Source of the DNA: Basidioascus undulatus
Lineage: Eukaryota
Assembly: GCA_000826855.1 (NCBI GenBank)
Contig: JTLS01000035.1
Location: 1-39,682, forward strand
Length of the DNA stretch: 39,682 bases
Direction: 5' to 3'
Numbering within the stretch: position 1 is the stretch's first letter; each line of letters opens with the position of its first letter. The notes below the pieces were generated by a model. It worked only from the letters and a program-made list of their open reading frames with translations, did no database searches and was not told where the DNA came from. A program made the position numbers and the translations under genes. This document shows, piece by piece, positions 33,896 to 39,682 of this stretch.

Positions 33896-36800
33896 ATGGG
33901 TTTTGGTTACAACATCGTTGTAGCGGTCTTCGCTGCGATCGGTGTGTCTTTGGCTCTCTTCAACCCGCCGGCAGCCCATTCTGACTGCATCAACACTGCA
34001 GGGGCGTTTTTGTTTGGCTGTATGTGTTGGTCTCCCCCTCGCACAGCAGATCAGATTGAGCTCATTTTGGCCTTGCACCGGGTGCTCAGACGACAGCGGT
34101 ATCATCACGAGCGTCATCTCGCCTGAGTGCGCAACTCCTGCCCGACAGCTTGGGGTGTATGCTTTCCCTGACCTCATTGCCGTTTTCCAGCTACCACGTC
34201 TTTCGGAGGGATTTCAATTCTCCTGGTGATGACCTGACTGGTGCAATAGGTACACATCGTGTCTGCAGCCTCTTTTCGCGAACGAGCTGACACACGTCGG
34301 TTAATTTCTCAGTTTCTGTCTTCGCCGGTGGATGTGAGGCAGTGCGCCACCCTGATCTGTTGAACCAATGCTGACTTCTATCGGTTACAGGTTTCTTCGG
34401 TGCTGGACTCGCGGGGTATTCAGCCAACCGCTTCGGGCGAAAGCGAACAATTCAGCTTGGATGTGCCATCGCTCTGCTGGGATGCTCGTCAGTCGTCGCC
34501 CGTCTCTTCCTGTATTTCGATCAGCCTCTGACCTCCGTCCTACTTACGAATTCAACAGGTTGCAAACTGGAGCGCAGTGAGTCCTTGCGAGTGTGCGCAT
34601 CGGATGTGTTCTCTGACGGCAGCCAACAGCAACATTGCGACGCTGCTCATTGGCCGCTTGATAACAGGATTCGCTATCGGAGTTCTATCTATGATTACTC
34701 CTCTCTACCAGTAAGTATCGTATACAAAACATGTTGCTGTCGATGTAGGCTGAGCGGGGACCACAGATCCGAAACCGCCCATCCCAAGTACCGCGGTTTC
34801 CTCGTCGGAACCACGCAACAGATGATCGGCGTAGGATTCATTACGGCCAACTGGATCGGATACGGGTGCCAGTACTTGGAGAACTCGGGGCAATATCGGT
34901 TGCCCCTCGGCATCCAGCTTATCCCGGCCGTCCTCCTCCTCGTCGGCATGCAGTTCTGCCCCTTCAGCCCTCGGTGGCGTGAGTGCTGGATCTCTCCTCC
35001 TAATGTGTCCGGATGGTTTAATTAATTTGTGCACAGTCATTGAACAGGGACGAGAGGAGGAAGCTCGTCGCGCGCTGACGAAGTTGCACGGCAACGGTAA
35101 AAATGACGAATGGCTTGACAAGGTGCGTTCAAGAAAGAATGGACAGCGTGTGTCCGCCGGCTGTCATTGAGTCCTTCTCCGATAGCAATTTACGGAGATG
35201 GTTGAGCAAATTCGGTACGAGAAGGTCAACGAGTCGCATAGCTGGAAGGAGTTGGTCAACACCCGCCCCATGCTCAGTACGCCGCCTTCCCGTACAGTTG
35301 ACGGCTCTTGGGTGGCGTTGACGAGACTCTCCTCAACTTCTGCAGAGCGAACATTGCTCGCATGCGGGGTGCAGATGTTTGGGCAATGCACAGGCAAGCC
35401 GATTCGTTTTCATAGAATGAAGATTGCACGCAACTTACCACGCAACTTACCACTTACAACGCGTTTCATTGGCGCATCAGGCATCAGTACGTTCTTTCAT
35501 GATACCACGAATGGCTTATTTTAGCGAATATAACCTGACCCGCCTTTCTACAGAGTGCGTGTGTCCTCGATTACTCAATTCCGTGCCGGATACTGACCGG
35601 ATGCTCGCTCGTCAGCTTCATCAAGTGCGTCCCAAAACTCTTATTCCCACTGCGGCGCACTGACGCACCAGATACCACAGCTACTACGGCCCGGAGATGT
35701 ATCGGCTATTGGGGATTCCAGAGGGAAGCGGACAATACCTTCTCATCACGGGAATCTAGTACGTCGTCACCGCGCTCTTGTCTGTCTGGATGAATGCGTT
35801 AACGGCAATGATCTTTCAGTGGTGTTGTTGGGCCTATCAGTACGTGGACCGATGCATCGTCCTCGAAGTCCACATAGACTGATCACGGCCCGTTGATAGC
35901 GAACTTCTTCTTGTGCGTAACCTGGAGCACAGCGCTGGTCATTCTCCAGCTCAAAGCCATTCCATCCCAGCATCACCTTCTTGATCGATCGAGTTGGACG
36001 GAAGATTCCCCTTGCGATTGGCAGCTTCGGCATCGCTGTCGCCCTTTCCGTGGAAGCTGCCATGTAAGTCAAGCTAAGCCCCCGTACTGCTTTCCTTGTA
36101 CTGACTGCAGTGGACAATTCGCGCGTAGCAACTCGGAGTTTGACCCGGAGAAGGAAGAAGAAGCTACCAATCTCGACGCCCAACGTGCCGGTGAGTTGCC
36201 TCGGAGGATTCTGGCATACTTCACTGCTGATAACGGTGGGGTCACCTTAGGCATCACGATGTGTACGTGTATCGCGAGACAGACGCCCTCGGCAGACCAC
36301 GGCTCACTGCTGGTCGCCTTCAGTCTTCCTAGCATCCATCATCTTTTCGATCTCGTACGGTCCCATCAGCTGGGTTTACGTGTCCGAGATCTTCCCGAGT
36401 ATGTCTTGCGATGTGTCTCTATCTCGTAGACATCCTGACCGTCTTTACTCGCAGTGCGTGTCCGAGCGCAGGGCAACGCAGTTGCGACGATGTGTAAGTC
36501 TTTCCGATTCTTGTCCCTTATATGCCAGTGCCGGATGCTGACTGTCTATGTAAAGCAAACTGGTGAGACAGGCTGTCGCAACATCTAAGGATCCTGCTGA
36601 TGGCTGTCGAGCAGGGCCTTGAATGTCCTCTTCGCTCAGACGGGTTTGCGAGGAATGAACGCTATTCGAGTGAGCACCTCCATCTCGATGATGTTCGCCA
36701 CTGTAAAGGTTCCAACTGACGCCCATTGCTTGAAAGTGGAAATTTTACTTGATCTGGGTCATTATCAACATTTGCGTGAGTGCTCCTCAAATAGTGGAGG

Positions 36801-37242
36801 TCTCCAATGCCGTCGCAGACTTATTTTCTCTGGCAGACTGGCCTCATCGGTGCGCAATCCAGCGCTTGTTTTCTTCGTATCCCTTCTCATCGGCACTTCC
36901 GCAGTCATTTTCTTCTTCGTCGAAACGAAGGGTGCGTACGATGCCCGGATGCAGTGCTTCGATGCTGGAGCTGACGCAATCTTTCCCGGAGTTCAACAGG
37001 TCGTACACTCGAAGGTCAGTTGTCTTGACTGCGGAGATTCTCAGAATTCCCAGCTGAAGCCCGGATATTCCTTATCGCCAGAAATGGACGCCCTTTTCGA
37101 CGACCAGAGGATCAGCCATGCTTTGGCCGACGGCCGTGCCTCTGGAATTGCTTCTGGAAGACTTACCAAGGCCGACTCGTTCAGCGATCTGTCCAAAGAG
37201 GCGGAGGTGCATACCGAGCATCATCAGAAGGGGGAGGTCTGA
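33896..37242 (+). CDS. MFS sugar porter (hexose/monosaccharide transporter family), about 30 exons
   Basis: Spliced product includes GAFLFGYDSGIITSVI, NRFGRKRTIQ, LQTGA, GRLITGFAIG, PLYQSETAHPKYRG, RLPLGIQLIPA, PFSPRWL, GQCTGINFINYYGP, IDRVGRK, ISYGPISWVYVSEIFPMRVRAQG, SNWALN and VETKGRTLEEMDALF. Confidence 0.95.
35554..35554 (+). other. Predicted single-nucleotide exon (A) of the sugar porter gene
   Basis: Context CTGAC...TTTCTACAG|A|GTGCGT. It is required to keep frame and to encode the Asn of G-I-N. Confidence 0.85.
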
Positions 37243-37485
37243 GGCCGTTGTATCATCCTTGATGTTGGTTGTAACGCATGTAATGCTTCTGGGTCACTCG
37301 TTTCACCTGCTCGAAAAGCTGTGTAGCATTCAACAAACGGGGCGGCCCAAGTCAACTTTCCATGTCGCAGTATATAACGCAAGGCGCAGGGCAAGCCAGC
37401 TACTGAACAAGCGCTACTGCCACCAAAACGTTGCACGTTCGTGCATCTCAAGTATGAATGAACGTCGCAAGGGTTTATGCCCAAA

Positions 37486-38629
37486 CTACATTTTCATGCG
37501 AACTTCGACACCCACCTTGTTCACCACCGTGAGGCTGCGTTCTTCCACTAGCTCTTTGAATCGAAGGAGATTTGTATCCGACAACGACAGGCTGTCTTTC
37601 ACCCGGAGGTACTGCAGCGCGGGCAGTTTATGCCGTGACAGTGCCGCCAGGCCCTATGAAGCTGACCGAGGATGCACTCGTCGAGGTGATCGTAATTGTA
37701 GCCGAGCGTCGTGACGGTCGAATGACTGAATTCAGCGACCCCATGGTTGGCGAGGAAGTACACGGAGAGCAGATCGAGTGCGGGGCAGGCACCCCGGAGG
37801 TCGCCAAGGCTAAGCCGTGCACAGAGGAGATACGGAGCGCTTCGAGCTTTGAGCCGATGGCATTGAGTAGATTGGCGAAGGAGTAGCCCGGGAATGTTTC
37901 AGGCTCAATGCAAGATCACGAAGTACGGGAAATCTGGAGCGAGACTAGCACTGCAATGTTGTAGCTTCGAAGGTCGATCCCAAGGGAGACGTCAAGAGCC
38001 TGCAAGTGCTGCAAATCGAGGCATGGCGTGAGGTAAGGCCCCCCAGGGTCGTCTGAATCAGCTGCCTCTTCAAGTAGGCGCAAGCGGGCCAAAGAGGCGA
38101 ATACGATGTTCGGGCGTGCGTAGGTGTGGAGGAAGAGTTTGCGAAGGTTGAGAACACTCGGGTTCAGGGTGAACCCGGCGATGAAGGCAATCGCCGAGAA
38201 AGTAATCAGCTCCTGTTAGGTCGAGGGAGCGAAGGCCAGTGAGGCAGCTGAGAACCATCAAGAGCTGTGCGTAGGTTCGAGGGAGATATACTTGGTCTCG
38301 AGACGCAGGTTCTCCACGGCTGTCAGCTGGCCGAAGCGATGGTGCCGCTGATGAGGTCAAGAATGAGGTCGGGCAGTAACGGCTTCTCGACTTGGATCGC
38401 AGGGTAGGGCGGCGACTCCCCGACGTCCTTGAACAAGGCAACACCAACAAGTCAGTATGCAGTGTTGATCCCATGACAGGACCCTTCTCGAAGCTACGTA
38501 CCCGCCACCGTCTACAAACCAGCAGTAGATTCAGCGCTGGCTGCTCAAAGTCGACACGGTAACGCCACACGCTGTCGGCGAGCACCAAGCCCAGGATTTT
38601 GCCGAGGATCTCGTTGGGATCTTGTCCAT
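37486..38629 (-). pseudogene. F-box / LRR-like protein pseudogene
   Basis: MDKIP/NEILGKILGLV...LNLLLVCRRWR|(GTACGT intron) is an F-box with a frameshift right after codon 4. Downstream LRR-like pieces (LTGLRSLDLTG, LQHLQALDVS, KLEALRIS, CPALDLLSV, KLPALQYLRV) fall in shifting frames with stops. Confidence 0.7.
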
Positions 38630-39682
38630 GACGATGGACCACTCCCTCTCGAAGTGTGGCAGAGGATGATGAGAGGTTGCAGAGGTGGTGACGGTTCGAG
38701 GACGAAGGCCAAGAGAGCTGGGAGGAAAGGGGCAGTGCTTGTCGGGTGCGTCAGGTGCGTGCTGTCGGGTGCGTGCCGCGGCCTAGGCCGCAAGCTTCGA
38801 CCGTGTTGTGCCCGACTGCCCTTCCTTTCAGACTCGGTTTTCTACAACCTCAGTAGTCTTGAGTACCCTGAAATGCCCCATGCTTTACAAGGACCTCAAG
38901 CTGAGAGGGCGGCGGTTCTTCTACGGCCTCACAGCATATGTTCTGTCCTATCCGACGACTCACCCGCTCAGGCTCTTGGCGCTGAGGTATCCCCGGCTCC
39001 GTTCAGATATGAGTGCTAGTCCGGCCGTTTCTTTAGATGCCCTGTAACCACTAGGGCAGGAGTCTCGCAAAGTTGACTAACGCCATTCACCAGCAATCAC
39101 CAGCGTGGACCGCACGGTGTCCGACCATGGTCTTCGCGCCCCGGTCTTTTTTTCTGGTGTGTGGCGCGTCATAGGGTGGGGGCGTACGGACACAAAGAAA
39201 CATTGGAAATATAAGGCTATTTGTGCGTTGTTTGACCGTCAACGAAAGAGAGCTTCTGATGAGCTTGATACCGAGTCTTCCATGCGCTTCAGCTTCTTAA
39301 CATTCAACAACGTAGCAGCTGGTTCTCATGAACACAGCCGCAAGAGGAAAGCAAGCGCAGGGTGTCGCGAAAAACAATCCATTAGTGCAGTGATGGTGAG
39401 ATAAAATTGCGAAACACATTCTTCATCTTACCCTTGTCCTCTTGAGCTTCACTCGCACACCCCCAGCCAGACCCAGCCAACATGCTTTTCTGTTGGCTCT
39501 TGTTCGTCCTTGACTGACTCCTCCTCGCCGCGTGTACCTGTGCCAACTGCGCGGTGTACGTGCTGGTTGGCTACGCGATAATGCGCGCTGCGGGCCATGA
39601 GGGATTCGGAACTGCAACTGCCACCGAGGCCGTCCGCATCGGTGCTGTCGGTCAGAGAACTGCTACGTGAAAACTATTGGGT

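Noticed and set aside
35427..35450. 12-nt tandem duplication CACGCAACTTAC in a transporter intron
   Set aside because: Simple slippage-type duplication with only two copies; no function inferable.
39060..39160. Pol III gene or tRNA before the T-run near 39147
   Set aside because: No A/B boxes or cloverleaf could be identified.
1..39682. CRISPR array, transposon, rRNA/tRNA or biosynthetic gene cluster
   Set aside because: No repeat-spacer array, transposase/RT/integrase motifs, terminal repeats or PKS/NRPS genes were seen. The genes are functionally unrelated housekeeping loci.

Overview
Eukaryotic, GC-rich and very intron-dense DNA, most consistent with a basidiomycete fungus (short introns, mostly GTGCGT/GTGAGT/GTACGT donors, CTGAC/CTAAC branch points, YAG acceptors). 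The six-frame ORF track is mostly exon fragments and antisense shadows, so genes were rebuilt by manual splicing. In order: partial SKI8/WDR61-like WD40 gene (-), CHS5 (+) that breaks off at a poly-C run into a Vps51-like C-terminus, PP2A activator PTPA (-), hypothetical (-), alanine-glyoxylate aminotransferase with a PTS2 leader (-), DUSP-type ubiquitin hydrolase (-), small basic protein (+), MYND-finger pseudogene (-), DUF6593-like protein (+), THI6 (+), small hypothetical (-), Zn2Cys6 transcription factor (+), SNX41/ATG20 sorting nexin (-), DJP1-like DnaJ (+), a sugar porter with about 29 introns (+), and an F-box/LRR-like pseudogene (-). No tRNA, rRNA, CRISPR or recognisable transposon was seen. 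The most striking signal is splicing architecture: a predicted single-nucleotide exon (A at 35554) in a 6-1-9 nt microexon chain that rebuilds the conserved GINFINYYGP motif, plus 4- and 7-nt microexons and four GC-AG introns. All family assignments are from motif recognition, with no database search run.
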